Of a stretch of 64,000 nucleotides of DNA, positions 1 through 12,354 are shown piece by piece (position 1 is the first letter of the stretch; each line of letters opens with the position of its first letter). The position numbers and the translations under genes are program-made. The notes under the pieces were generated by a model, which saw nothing but the letters and a program-made list of their open reading frames with translations, ran no database searches and was not told the origin of the DNA. Source of the DNA: Octopus vulgaris (taxonomy: Eukaryota); NCBI GenBank assembly GCA_951406725.2, contig OX597821.1, forward strand, positions 60,512,001 to 60,576,000. Direction: 5' to 3'.

Positions 1-895
1 TTGGGTAATATATGGTCTTGCACTATTGTGCAAGATCAACACCCTTTTACAATTTATAAATGATGGGCGTTTTTTCTGCAAATTTTTCTGTAACGTTTCG
101 AATTGACGACAATACTCCTCCGCATTAACCGTTTTGTTTTTGGTTAACACTTAACAATAGACGACAGACTTCGTATCCCATCAAATATCGAACATAACTA
201 TTTACTGGTGTGGTCCTGGTTTGGGAATGGACTCTCTTTTTTCATTTGGTGTTAACCATTGTCGTTTACGATGCATATGATTTTAAATAACCCACTTTTC
301 ATCACTTCTGATAATTGTACCAAAGAAAAGTTCCTTAGAGAGTTTACTCTTCAATGATGACCTGAGGGCAACTCTTTGATTAAGCTGAGGAGCAATCAAA
401 TGATGAGGAGCCACTGACAAGGTTTGACACTTTTCGTAGTTCATAGAAGTGTTTTATGATCGCTGCGTGACCTGAATTGAACTGTTTTGATAATTTCATG
501 CAGTTTGATTTGGATTTTCTTTAACTACGGTTTTCAGAAGCTCACTATTGACGCTACTTAATCGTCCAGATCGAGGGGAATCTATAAGAGAAAAAATTCC
601 CGAGCGAAACTGGCCAAACCGTCGTTAGCATGTCCGAGCACTTAAAGCTTCATTTCCATTGTCGGAACAAATATTTCTTGCAGTTGCTATTGCTAAGAAC
701 CACTTTTGCATTCATACAGCATGCAGTGTCATTTTAAAAGGGAAAAATCAACAGGAATTTAACGACCATGGTATAAAGTAATATTCCACGTTGTTAAAAT
801 GTAAAGATTAATGCTTATTTTAACGTAAGTATAGAAAAACTACCCTCAAAGTGGTCATGTCAAAATTGCGACAGAACTTTCTTTCTAACGTATGT
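1..895 (-). mobile_element. Degenerate mariner (Mos1-like) transposon, truncated by window start
   Basis: Minus-strand remnants HCMLYE, TIIRSDEKWV, RKRQWLTP, MFDI*WD and LHNSARPYITQ with stops and frameshifts; mariner-like terminal sequence at about 865-895. Confidence 0.8.
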
Positions 896-1062
896 ATATA
901 GTTTCGAACTTAATTACTAACCAATCACTACCTGAAAGATCTCATGTCAAACACTTTTAGCAGAGACGGAGTGAAGGACCAATATCAAAAACAAATGAAT
1001 GCACACTGTCTACAACATGCATTAAGTCACCATGCTTTCGTTTGATAATCCAAAGAGTATAT

Positions 1063-1065
<3 letters not shown>

Positions 1066-1117
<52 letters not shown>

Positions 1118-1141
1118 TACACACATATGTATGTATGTATG

Positions 1142-1213
<72 letters not shown>
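1066..1213. repeat. Compound microsatellite (CA)n-(TATG)n-(TA)n, representative of dozens in the window
   Basis: Directly visible. Confidence 0.95.
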
Positions 1214-1215
<2 letters not shown>

Positions 1216-1286
1216 TAGGGCTTAGTAAAATAAATTACTTTGCCACATACTATGTGGCAAAGTAATTTATTTTACTAAGCCCTAAT
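1214..1286. repeat. Perfect 36-bp-arm palindrome abutting (TA)n
   Basis: attagggcttagtaaaataaattactttgccacata-c-tatgtggcaaagtaatttattttactaagccctaat. Confidence 0.95.
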
Positions 1287-1385
1287 TATATAATGTAATA
1301 TTTTGAATTCGCCTTAAATGGTCCTTTTACATACTGAATACTTGGTGAAATTGATTAATAACTAATTAATTTTACCCTCAATTGT

Positions 1386-1431
<46 letters not shown>

Positions 1432-1723
1432 ATATATCCATCTATCCATTCTTACATACATACATGCATACATGGAACTACCAAAGTATGTGAAAATTTC
1501 CAAAAGTTTAGCTTATAAGAACATATGCACATATTCAGACGTACAGCTGTATGAGTATGCATACATAAAACTGAACAGACTTCCACATACACTGGCTCCA
1601 AATACTTGCACATGCATGAATGCATGCATGCATGCATACATACATACATACATACATACATACATACATACATACATACATACATACAGATCATGCATAC
1701 ATACATACGTGGATATATATACT

Positions 1724-1830
1724 GTTGATGTTGAAATTCCAATGAAGAATCTTTGGATCTAGATTAGAAACCGGCTCTTACTCCGTTGCTAAGAAATCTA
1801 GAAATAAGCCTCAATAGTAACACATATACA
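1724..1830 (+). repeat. Interspersed repeat next to (TACA)n; inverted copy at about 34985-35095
   Basis: gttgatgttgaaattccaatgaag...agaaaccggctct matches the reverse complement of agagccggtttct...cttcattggaatttcaacaccaac. Confidence 0.7.
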
Positions 1831-2458
1831 TACAATTATACATACATGCACACACATAGTTAAAGGGTGTTTAAAACAAACACACCGAATATCAACTGAT
1901 GACAGTGCTCACTGCACGTGCAGGATCAGTTATCAATAATTTATTGAAAGTGATTTGGAAACCTCGCCAGTGGCTGGACTCTGCTGGTGACATTTATATA
2001 GTTAGGTCTTTCTATGATGGGTTGGTGACGTATGTAATAGGAATAAACCATTCTGTTACTGAAATATAGGAATTAGGTTTGGTAAAGAAGATTTGTTTTT
2101 GCTTTGGTATGAAGGAATATATGCATGGTGAAATTAAGAGATATAGACGAAGAAAGGGAAGAAAAGACGATGAAATATAAGAAGACTAAGATGAGGAAGT
2201 CTTTCTTTTTTTTCTCTTTTTTTTACTCCTATTTTTCCTTATTCTTCTTTTCCTCTTTCTGCTCCTTCGCTTTTATTCCCTTCTTTATATTTTTCTTTAA
2301 CTAATTTGTAATCCTTCAAACTAAAGAAACTGTCAGTCTTCTTTACCGAACCCTTCAATTCCAATAGTTCAATAGGAGAATTGCAAATCCAAATTCAAAG
2401 ACCTAATCATATATACGGCACTAGCAGAGTACGTTACATTTTGCAATCCCCTGGAGAA

Positions 2459-2673
2459 AGGCGGCGAGCTGGCAGAACGTTAGCACGCCGGGCGAAACGC
2501 TTAGCGGTATTTCATCTGTCTTTACGTTCTGAGTTCAAATTCCACCGAGGTCGACTTTGCCTTTCATCCTTTCGAGGTCGATAAATTAAGTACCAGTTAC
2601 GTACTGGGGTGGATCTAATCGACTGGCCCCCTTACTAAAAATGTCGGGCATTGTGCCCAGAGTACAAAAGGAT
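2459..2673 (+). mobile_element. tRNA-headed SINE with Meta-like central domain (family A)
   Basis: Head ggcggcgagctggcaga..gagttcaaattcc; central gactttgcctttcatcctttc..gtcgataaattaagtaccag; more than 15 copies in the window. Confidence 0.85.
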
Positions 2674-3201
2674 ATAAACTACCGGAGAATCTTTGAAGTG
2701 ACTATCAATACAATTATATATATACATATACATACATACCTACCCACACAAACACACATACACACGTACGTACGTACGTATGTATGTATGCATGCATATA
2801 TCTAAAATTGAGTGTTTTTGGACGAAAGAATACTCAAGATTTCGCCTGTACGTTTACAGGGTTGACCTTGTGAACGAATAGGCGAAAATATATATCCTCG
2901 TTTGGATATACAAACAAGAGTAAAAGTATTCACTTTCATGGAGCAGATCATTTTTATTTGTTTGAAGTTGATTATTCACTTCGGCGTTACTCAGAGTTTC
3001 TCCTCATATGTAATCCTTTAGACAACAAAAATCATCTTGTTATATCTATAAATATTGTATGTATGTATTGTAGAACAAGTAGGAAGATAAATTTTCTTCA
3101 ACGCGTATATACTGAACAGTATATATATATATATATAAAGGATAACATCTTTTTTTTAAAGCAGACACATTTTTCTGCTAAAAAAAAAACCGGATTTTAT
3201 C

Positions 3202-3250
<49 letters not shown>

Positions 3251-3409
3251 TCAGTAATAATGAAGGGTGAAATTAATTAATTTGGAATAATTATCAATTA
3301 CACCAAGTAGATTTCGGCATGTAAAAGCCCCATTCGAGGAAAATTTAAGTATTACTTAGTATATATATATGTATGTATATATCTATATCTCTATCTCTAT
3401 CTATATCTA

Positions 3410-3541
<132 letters not shown>

Positions 3542-3550
3542 ATATATATA

Positions 3551-3887
3551 TACTAGCAGTCGCGTTGACAAAGGTCTTGACATAGTTTCAATCTTATTTG
3601 AAAAGTAAAAATTTTGCATTATGTAGCTTGTTATTCTCTTGAAGTGAACATTTTTCTGGTTGAAATTCATTTGACACAGCAGTCAAAAAATCGTAAAAAT
3701 GGGGATTTTCATAGAAAAAAAAGCACCTTTTTGAGGTAAATAACTTTTTGGTCATAACATGGTCCGATTTGAATTTTATTTCTACGGAATGAAGAGCAAG
3801 CCTTCTTCTACCATACTCTCAATTTTGGTCAACTTGCGCTGCAGGGTCTCGAAGGAGATAGTGATAGTTGAAGGCTACCAAACCTGC

Positions 3888-3918
<31 letters not shown>

Positions 3919-3927
3919 ACACACACA

Positions 3928-3967
<40 letters not shown>

Positions 3968-3970
3968 CTT
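3551..3970 (+). mobile_element. Non-autonomous Helitron-like element with (CA)n near its 3' end
   Basis: Starts TACTAGC within (TA)n; aattttggtcaac..gcagggtctcg..gagatag followed by (CA)n and TTATATAT; resemblance only. Confidence 0.4.
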
Positions 3971-4004
3971 ATATATATATATATATATATATATAATAAT
4001 TATT

Positions 4005-4068
4005 TGAGGGAATATTATTCCTAACTTACATGGAAAAATTCAATTTAGAAATACTAAATCAAATTTCA

Positions 4069-4075
<7 letters not shown>
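4005..4075 (+). repeat. 70-bp element between (TA)n tracts; second copy at 27616-27686
   Basis: gagggaatattattcc.aacttaca.ggaaaaattcaatttagaaatactaaatcaaatttcacaaaatat occurs twice. Confidence 0.85.
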
Positions 4076-4125
<50 letters not shown>

Positions 4126-4128
<3 letters not shown>

Positions 4129-4423
4129 TAGAAAAAAACACATTTTATCAATTCAAAACGAACAAGAAAATTACATATAATAGAAATATTAAAACTAAAA
4201 TAACAATAATATACCGATGATTAAGTAAATTGCAAAAATAATAATAAAAACGTATATATTTGGTATATTCTACCAAATATATACATTTTTATTATTGTTT
4301 TGCAATTTACTTAATCATCCGGTATATTATTGTTATTTTAATTTTAATATTTCTATTATATGTAATTTTCTAGATGGTGTAATTTAATTGTTCATTTTGA
4401 ATTGATAAAAGGTGTTTTTTTTC

Positions 4424-4428
<5 letters not shown>
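4126..4428. repeat. About 300-bp imperfect fold-back palindrome flanked on both sides by (TA)n
   Basis: Arms aattagaaaaaaaca...atatatttggta / taccaaatatat...tgtttttttctaatt; loop at about 4266-4270. Confidence 0.9.
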
Positions 4429-4466
<38 letters not shown>

Positions 4467-4633
4467 TGTTCAGTATCTACGCGTTGAATAAAATTTATCT
4501 TTCTACTTGTTCTGCAATACATTTCAACGCTTCGAAAAACAAACTTGTTTGCTTACATACGATGTAACGTATGTATGTATGTATGTATGTATGTATGTAT
4601 GTATGTATGTATGTATGTATGTATGTGTATGTA

Positions 4634-4694
<61 letters not shown>

Positions 4695-5483
4695 ATATAT
4701 ATATATATATATATATAATTTCTGATGTTTGCAACAGTCATGCTGGTATATAAAATTTTCGAAGTAGCTATGAATTTTATGTTATTGCTTTTTCCCCATC
4801 TATTGATTGTATAGAAAAAATGTTACATACACTGTAGAATTTGAAATATTATTTCATTGAATGAAGATTGTTGTAGTAGTTATTAGATGTACTTTGCTAA
4901 AGAATTTTAAAGAAACATGTTTTCAATTTTCTACTTGATATTTATTCTTTAAGTATTTATTTTTTATGGTAGTATTAATCAAAAATTTTCAGGTCTAATT
5001 CTAGTTCTTTGATGTAAAATTGCTATTTTGTTGGAACTGTGTTTTGCTTTGCTTAATTTCAGTGAAGAGCATTATTTCAAAAAGCTGTCTAAATTTGTGT
5101 AAAATTTATTCACTGACCGTTTTTCACATTGTTTGTGCAATGTCTGACTACAAATATAATTTTCATTCATAGAGAAAATTGATATATTACAGGCCTTTTC
5201 TGTGTGGTGGATGCTTTGCACTGTGTTTCAATAACACAGCGAAGAAATACGTAAGTTGTGGACCGTACAGCCCTCCGCTATGGGTGAGTTCATTTTTGAT
5301 ATACTCTTCTTTTTTACTTGTCTTTTTCTGTTTTAAAATTAATATGTGGAATATTTTATTTAATTTTCTTTAGTTGCTGAAGATTGACACGTATGTACAC
5401 ATACCCGCTAAATGTGCATACCTGTATATGTATTTATATGTGTATATATACATATCTATCTATATCTTTGTATATCTATCTAA

Positions 5484-5750
5484 GCGCCGGCGTGGCTGTG
5501 TGGTAAGAAGTCTGCTTCCCAACTACCTTAGGCAAGTGTATTCTACTATAGTCTCGGGTCGATCAAAGCTTTGTGAGCGAATTTGGTAGACGGAAACTGA
5601 AAGAAGCCTGTCGTATGTATGTATGCATGTATGTATGTGTGTATGTATGTATGTATGTGTATGTCTTTGTATTTGTGTTTGTTCCCTCACCACTGCTTGA
5701 CAACCGGTGATGGTGTGTTTGCGTCCCGTAACTTAGCGGTCCGGTAAATT
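5484..5750 (+). mobile_element. CORE-type tRNA SINE (family B), partial
   Basis: tggctgtgtggtaag head, cttaggcaagtg, tttggtagacggaaactgaaagaagcc. Confidence 0.8.
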
Positions 5751-5980
5751 GAAATATCAAGGAAACTTTCTTTCTCTTCAGAGCTAAGAAAATTTTCCCT
5801 GGGCGAGTTTTAATGCTCTACAAGAACGCAATTAAGCCTCAATAGAAAATTCTTTTTTTCGGATGACTGGAACCTAAACACGGTCACCCGACTTACTAAA
5901 ACAGCAGCAGAATCTCCCTTAAATCACACTCTACTCACTTTAAAAATGAAAGGGCACATTGGGAAATGTAGTTATAAATA

Positions 5981-6169
5981 CCGTATTTGATGGTATAAAA
6001 AAGAGCATGGGCATATTAGACTCACTCTAATTTAAGCAGTACATATTTAGGAAAAAACAGTTTTTAGAGCAGCAACACATGTAATATTGGCCTAACTTCA
6101 CATCGCATATAGAACCAGGCTGATTTTTGAGACTGTTTTTTTTTTTTTTTCGAAAATATATAAATACGG
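5981..6169. mobile_element. Tc1/pogo-type MITE
   Basis: TA-CCGTATTT ... AAATACGG-TA terminal inverted repeats with TA duplication. Confidence 0.6.
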
Positions 6170-6288
6170 TAATTGTAAAGTCTTAATGATAATAAAAAAA
6201 AGAAAGAAAGAAAAAGAAAACAAGAAAGACAATAGTGATTTAAGCACCTTTAATTTTAAATCTTAATCGAAGCTGTGATTTTCTAAAA

Positions 6289-6987
6289 CAGTGGTCCTTA
6301 AGCATATTTTTCGCTTATGGACCTCTTTGATTCCTATTTAACTCTACTGGACTCCCATATTCCCATATTACAAAAATGACAAAAAACCCAAGAAAAACAA
6401 AAAGATACTATTATATTTTTATAATTACTTATTTTTAGGAATTACTCTTTTTACTCTTTTACTTGTTTCAGTCATTTGACTGCGGCCATGCTGAAGCACC
6501 GCCTTTAGTCGAGTAAATCAGCCCTAGGACTTATTCTTTGGAAGCCTAGTACTTATTCTATCGGTCTCTTTTGCCGAACAGCTAAGTTACGGGGACGTAA
6601 GCACACCACCATCGGTTGTCAAGCGATGTTGGGCGGGGGGGGGGGGAATACAGACACTCAAACATATACACACACACACATATATTTACATATATATGAC
6701 GGGCTTCTTTCAGTTTCCGTCTACCAAATCCACTCTCAAGGCTTTGGTCGGCCCGAGGCTATAGTAGAAGACACTTGCCCAAGGTGCCATGCAGCGGGAA
6801 TGAACCCGGAACCATGTGGTTGGAAAGCAAGCTAGTTACCACTCAGACACTCCTGCGCTTACTATTGTATAAACAATTAAAAAAAAAATATTTTGTGTAT
6901 TGTAGAAGCGTAACCAGTTTATTGCAGATAAATTTTAACAACAGAATTTTATATGAACCCCCAAGGGACCCGGTTTAAGAACCACTG
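6289..6987. mobile_element. hAT (Charlie-like) MITE carrying a nested family B SINE
   Basis: TIRs cagtggtccttaa / ttaagaaccactg; degenerate 8-bp TSD ttctaaaa/atctcaaa. Confidence 0.65.
6443..6859 (-). mobile_element. CORE-type SINE (family B), full length
   Basis: Reverse complement of the family B copies at 28975 and 33623. Confidence 0.85.
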
Positions 6988-7495
6988 ATCTCAAACAATA
7001 TTCCGTATTGAACTTCAAAAGAAGCTCATTTGCTTCAGTGCTACGCTGTCCCCAAAGAGATAACCGATGATATAGTTGACAATGTAATTTATTTAATATA
7101 TATATTTTAGAGCAGTGATGCACTAACTCTATTAGCAGCAGTTCATTTTTTTATTATTTCCCATGAAGGGACATAACTCTATTAGTAGCAGTTCATTTAC
7201 GAGAATAGTCATTTGTTAAATTTTTTAATGGTTTGATATCTATTTGTTGCTTTTTAATACAATTGGATTTTAAAAAATAATATTTCTCTCTCTCTTTTTT
7301 AAACCTTTCTTTATTACCAGCTTCTTGAAAAAGTCCAGCCGTGATCTCCAATGGTTCTTAAGCGAAAACATCAAGAAAAACCAATTCACCACAGACACAC
7401 TCTTAACCCCTTACACACACACTTACACACAACTATACTCACATACAACTATATATACACGTAAACCTGCGCACTAACTTTCATGTAGAAAACAA

Positions 7496-7543
<48 letters not shown>

Positions 7544-7576
7544 ACGCACAAATGCTCTCATTATACATGCACGTCT

Positions 7577-7967
7577 TTTTATTTCTTATTTGTTTCAGTC
7601 ATTAGACTGCGGCCATGCTGGAATTTTAGTCGAATGAATCGGCTGCAGAACTTTTATTAAATCTGGTACTTATTTTATCGGACTCTTTTGTCGAACCGCT
7701 AAGGTTATTGGAGCTAAGTTACTGACACAAGCACCTGTTCTCAAGCGATGGTGGGGAGCAAGCAGATACACACACACACCCACACAGACATACACATGCA
7801 CACATATATACGATGGGCTTCTTTCAGTTTCCACATCCACCCATAAGGCTTTGATCAGCCCGAAGCTATAGCAGAGGACACTTACCCAAGGCGCCACGCT
7901 GTGGAACTGAACTCGGAACCATGTGATTGGGAAGCAAGCTTCTTACCACACAGCCACTCCTACGCCT
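7577..7967 (-). mobile_element. CORE-type SINE (family B)
   Basis: Same family, reverse orientation. Confidence 0.85.
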
Positions 7968-8104
7968 ATCTGTATATGCTTGGAAAGACGCGCATTAATT
8001 TTCATGTACAAGACATCTAAACTAAAATAGTAACACACAAACACATATATACACAAACACGTATATACACAAACACATATATACACACACACATACACAC
8101 ACAC

Positions 8105-8498
8105 ACACACAAACGTACTCTTGTACATACGTATAAACACATACACAGCAATACACACACGTGCAAATACCTACACACACACACGCACACATACACAGAA
8201 ACACAAACGTACTCTTGCTCATACGCATAAACATATACATAGCAATACACATGCGTGCAAATACTTACACACACACACACGCACGCACACACACACACGC
8301 ACGCACACACACACACGCACGCACACACACACACACAAACGTACTCTTGCACATGCGCATAAACACATACATAGCAATACACACGCGTGGGAATACCTAC
8401 ACACACACACACACACATACACACATAGATACAAACGTACTCTTGCACATGCGCATAAACACATACATAGCAATACACTCACGTGCAAATACCTACAC

Positions 8499-8500
<2 letters not shown>
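8105..8500. repeat. Minisatellite: about 62-bp constant unit x4 separated by variable (CA)-rich spacers
   Basis: aaacgtactcttgcacatgcgcataaacacatacatagcaatacacacgcgtgcaaatacctac at about 8111, 8206, 8337 and 8433. Confidence 0.85.
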
Positions 8501-8568
<68 letters not shown>

Positions 8569-9243
8569 GAAAAGATCCAGATCAATTTTTATGCACAAAA
8601 CATCAAAATAATAACACAAAAACCGCACCAAAAATCTGATGCTCAGAGATTCGGTCGTATAAACTTATGAAGATAATGTAAACTGCAATTCAAACGGAAT
8701 AAATTATATTATTATGATTAGCTGAAACTCAGAAATGTTTATTTTTATGATTATAATTAAAAAAATAATTAAAAAAAAGTGAAAGTGGAAAAAGAAACAT
8801 TGTCGTTATTTTGTTGTTGTTTTCTTGTTATTGCTCAAACTAAATACGAGAAAAGTTTTCTTTAATAATACCGTTACCAACGGAAGCCTTTGTTTTCACA
8901 CTTTGAAGGTTTTTCTTTTCATAATAACAAAAAAAAAAACAAAAACAAAAAAAACCGTTAGAATAAGTCCAGCACTCACTTTCTTCCCATTAATCACACA
9001 TTTAATTCAATTCCACATTGACAATTCTTTTTATTCATATTTCATTATGATTTTTAACAATGATTCTGTTCCACGTATTATTCCAACTTTTTCTAGCTGC
9101 GATATTAGTAACTATTAGTTTCTGTATAACAAAGATCTGTTCTTTTGTCACTGTTTGAAAAGACTTACTTGGTGAATAGTGAAACTTTGAAGTCACAGAC
9201 ACTTAAAATATAAATATCTGTTTAATGCATTGAATTTTTTTTT

Positions 9244-9342
<99 letters not shown>

Positions 9343-9374
9343 GGCTACCGTTGGTTTCGTGTAAGAAGGAAAAT

Positions 9375-9835
9375 ATCTTAACAATTCTTCAAGCCGATCT
9401 CATGGAGGAATGATGTTCGTCCAAATAAAGAAACTTTATCCGCGAGGTAAGTTCATCTGGGACTCTCGAGAGGAAGAGAACGCGTTTTGATTTGAAAACA
9501 CCTATATCCACTTTGTGTACATCCCTCAGGCTCTTTGAGAGAATAGTAGAAAGCTGTGGGTCCCTGAAACCCAGGCTGTTGCAGTAACTGGTCCTGAAGC
9601 GCGATGGCATTACTGGGATCTTTGGTACTATGCAGTGTCGACCCGTTCTGACATCTGTGTAGTTTTCAATGCTAAAATTTGGCACAATCCCTTCGAGGAT
9701 CTTCCAGATGTATATTACTGCATATCTCTCCCGCCTTTGCTCCTTCTCTCTGGTTCTGAAGGTTCTCAGGATGCAGCCAGCCCACCGTCTGCCTTTGTCA
9801 CCATCTTGGTAATGTGCAGTTGGAATGTATCACTC
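9375..9835 (-). mobile_element. CR1/L2-group LINE 3' fragment
   Basis: EQRRERYAVIYIWKILEG and YCNSLGFRDPQL...LFLSRVPDE C-terminal ORF2 motifs. Confidence 0.75.
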
Positions 9836-10526
9836 ATGTCGATGTTATGGGTAATAAAGAAATAGGTATTTCGTCTGCCGTTACGTTCTGAGTTCAAATT
9901 CCGCCGAGGTCGACATTGCCTATTTAAGTACCGGATAAGAGGTAGTTTACTGTACAAAAATATCAGTCGAGAGTCTTAGTTCAAGTGCGTCCATGTCACT
10001 GCTGATTAGTTACAGGCAAGCCTTAACATACTTAAGTTCAAAGGCGTACAAACCACGACTACTCCTATTTGTTTAAGGTTTGGTTATATCTACGTCTACA
10101 ATATCCTGGATAGTGTAGTCCTTTCCTCTTGCCGTTACTTTGATAGTACCAGGCTAGTGTAAAGTGGCCTGTAAGTGCCAATCGAAGAGTCAACGAATTG
10201 TATTCTGTCACATGCATTGTTCAGTGTTCTTGACAACGACGCTTTTCACATAACTGTAAATAGATAGTAGGGGAGGATAAAGCCACCCCCAGATCTGATC
10301 TAGTTCCATATAACTTTAAGTTTCATGAGCTCATAGGACGAACCAACTTCTAGCTATCTTATAAGATTGGCTCGTCCTACGAGCCACGAAACTTCTATGG
10401 CGCTGAGTAAGACTGTTATTAAATAATATATGTGACTCCATGTATGTATGTATGTATGTATGTATGTATGTATGTATGTATGTATGTATGTATGTATGTA
10501 TGTATGTATGTATGTATGTATGTAGC

Positions 10527-10802
10527 ATAGTGTACATTTAAACAAAAGAGAAAACTACTTTTAACAGGTAATTTTTACATGCTAGAAAAAGCAGTTAAAA
10601 CGACCAAAACCACATTTAAGAGCAATTTTCGAAATGAATGAAAAATAAAAAAACTTTTAACTTGTTATTTGTTTACGGTTATACCTAGGTTTCTGATTTC
10701 TTTAGCAAATAAAATAATTTGTGAGGCGAATCCACATCAGTAACCGTGCCATAACACTAACATATAACTTAGAGTTTTCTCTTGTGTTTAAATGTACACT
10801 AT
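10527..10802. repeat. Element with 30-bp terminal inverted repeats beside (TATG)n
   Basis: atagtgtacatttaaacaaaagagaaaact / agttttctcttgtgtttaaatgtacactat (1 mismatch). Confidence 0.8.
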
Positions 10803-11052
10803 TTAATATTGAGAATATGTTGTCTCTTGACTTTTTATACATGCTAGGCCACTGGTAGTGAAATTTCTAAAAATATTCGCTAGCTACCCTATATATATAT
10901 ACACACACACATATATATATGGCTTAGCTGGCCGAAACTTCGAACTAACTGTCAGTATTATTCTTGTTAAAGAATAATAAGTTTGTTCTCTACAAAAGCA
11001 TGGAGCAACCCTTCAGATTAATGTAAAATTGTCTTTATTTTAACTGAACATG

Positions 11053-11260
11053 AGGCAGCGAGCTGCTAGATCCGTTGCACGCCGGGCAAAATGCTTAACA
11101 GCATTTCGTCAGTCTTTATGGTCTGAGTTCAAATTCTACTGAGGCCGACTTTGAATTTCATCCTTTCGGGGTCGATAAAATAACTACCAGTTGAGCACTG
11201 GGGTCGATGTAATCGATTTCCCCTCCCCTAAAATTGTTGGCCTTGTTCCAAAATTTGAAA
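11053..11260 (+). mobile_element. Meta-domain SINE (family A)
   Basis: Matches the copy at 2459. Confidence 0.85.
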
Positions 11261-11477
11261 GTAATACATACATATATACATACATACATTCATACATATC
11301 TGTCTATTCTTCCATCCGTCCCTCCGTCCCTCCGTCCATCCATCTCTCTCTCTTTATATAAATATATATATATTGATTTCAAAGTACCAACGTCTCATTG
11401 TGGCAGGCTTGATTTCTCCCACTATTAAACCGTTGGTAGCCTTATTAACCAAGAAAAAATGTATGTATCTATGTATG

Positions 11478-11513
<36 letters not shown>

Positions 11514-12196
11514 TCTATCTATATATACATAATCTCCCATAAATCCACCCACACCCACACACATACACATACACATACACTCTCACTCACTCTCCCCCAC
11601 ACTTATTAATCGAGTCAGTCACTCCTGCGATGCTTCTTTACTTTCAAAGCGTGCGGATACAAAAAGTCCACTCTATTATCGTTATTTTCTCCTTCAACCT
11701 GTGCAGATCTTGAAATAATCAATGAAGACGCAGATTTAATATATTTTAAAAGCTATGACATCATGCTTCATAGGAAAGTAGTAAGTACCTCATTGACATT
11801 TTGAGGAAACAGCTTCTGCTGTCGCCGTTGCAACTGTTTTTGCTGCTTATACGAGCTGAATCGTTCTCCATTGACTTGACATAACCGCCATTTTGTGTCC
11901 TGCCATGTATCTAACCCTACCTTCTCTCACACATTTCATCACAATTCATTTATAGGCACACCATTTTTTTTTCTCTCTCCCATTTACACATTGAAGCCAA
12001 ATGAGCAACAGTTGACGGTGACGAACACTTTGATTGACAGTTTCTGCAAATCTACCATTCTCTCTGACCTTTCACATCCGTCCTGGAAGGACACTTTTCT
12101 AAGATAAAGTTAAAAACGTAATGAAGTAATGAATATTAACGCCTGCTAACCACCACACGTACATACAGATGTACGCTCCCTTATGCAAACATACAG

Positions 12197-12312
<116 letters not shown>

Positions 12313-12315
12313 CAT

Positions 12316-12354
<39 letters not shown>

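Noticed and set aside
1890-1932. CTGATGA followed by a hairpin (hammerhead candidate)
   Set aside because: No GAAA after helix II
5193-5250. Exon-like segment PFLCGGCFALCFNNTAKKY with GTAAGT donor
   Set aside because: Weak acceptor and no partner exons; may be a transposon relic
8105-8500. CRISPR-like repeat/spacer look
   Set aside because: Eukaryotic context, spacers are CA microsatellite, units too long, no cas genes
10921-10956. ggc..gcc GAAAC..GTCAG half hammerhead
   Set aside because: The 5' core is missing (replaced by TA repeat); at most a remnant
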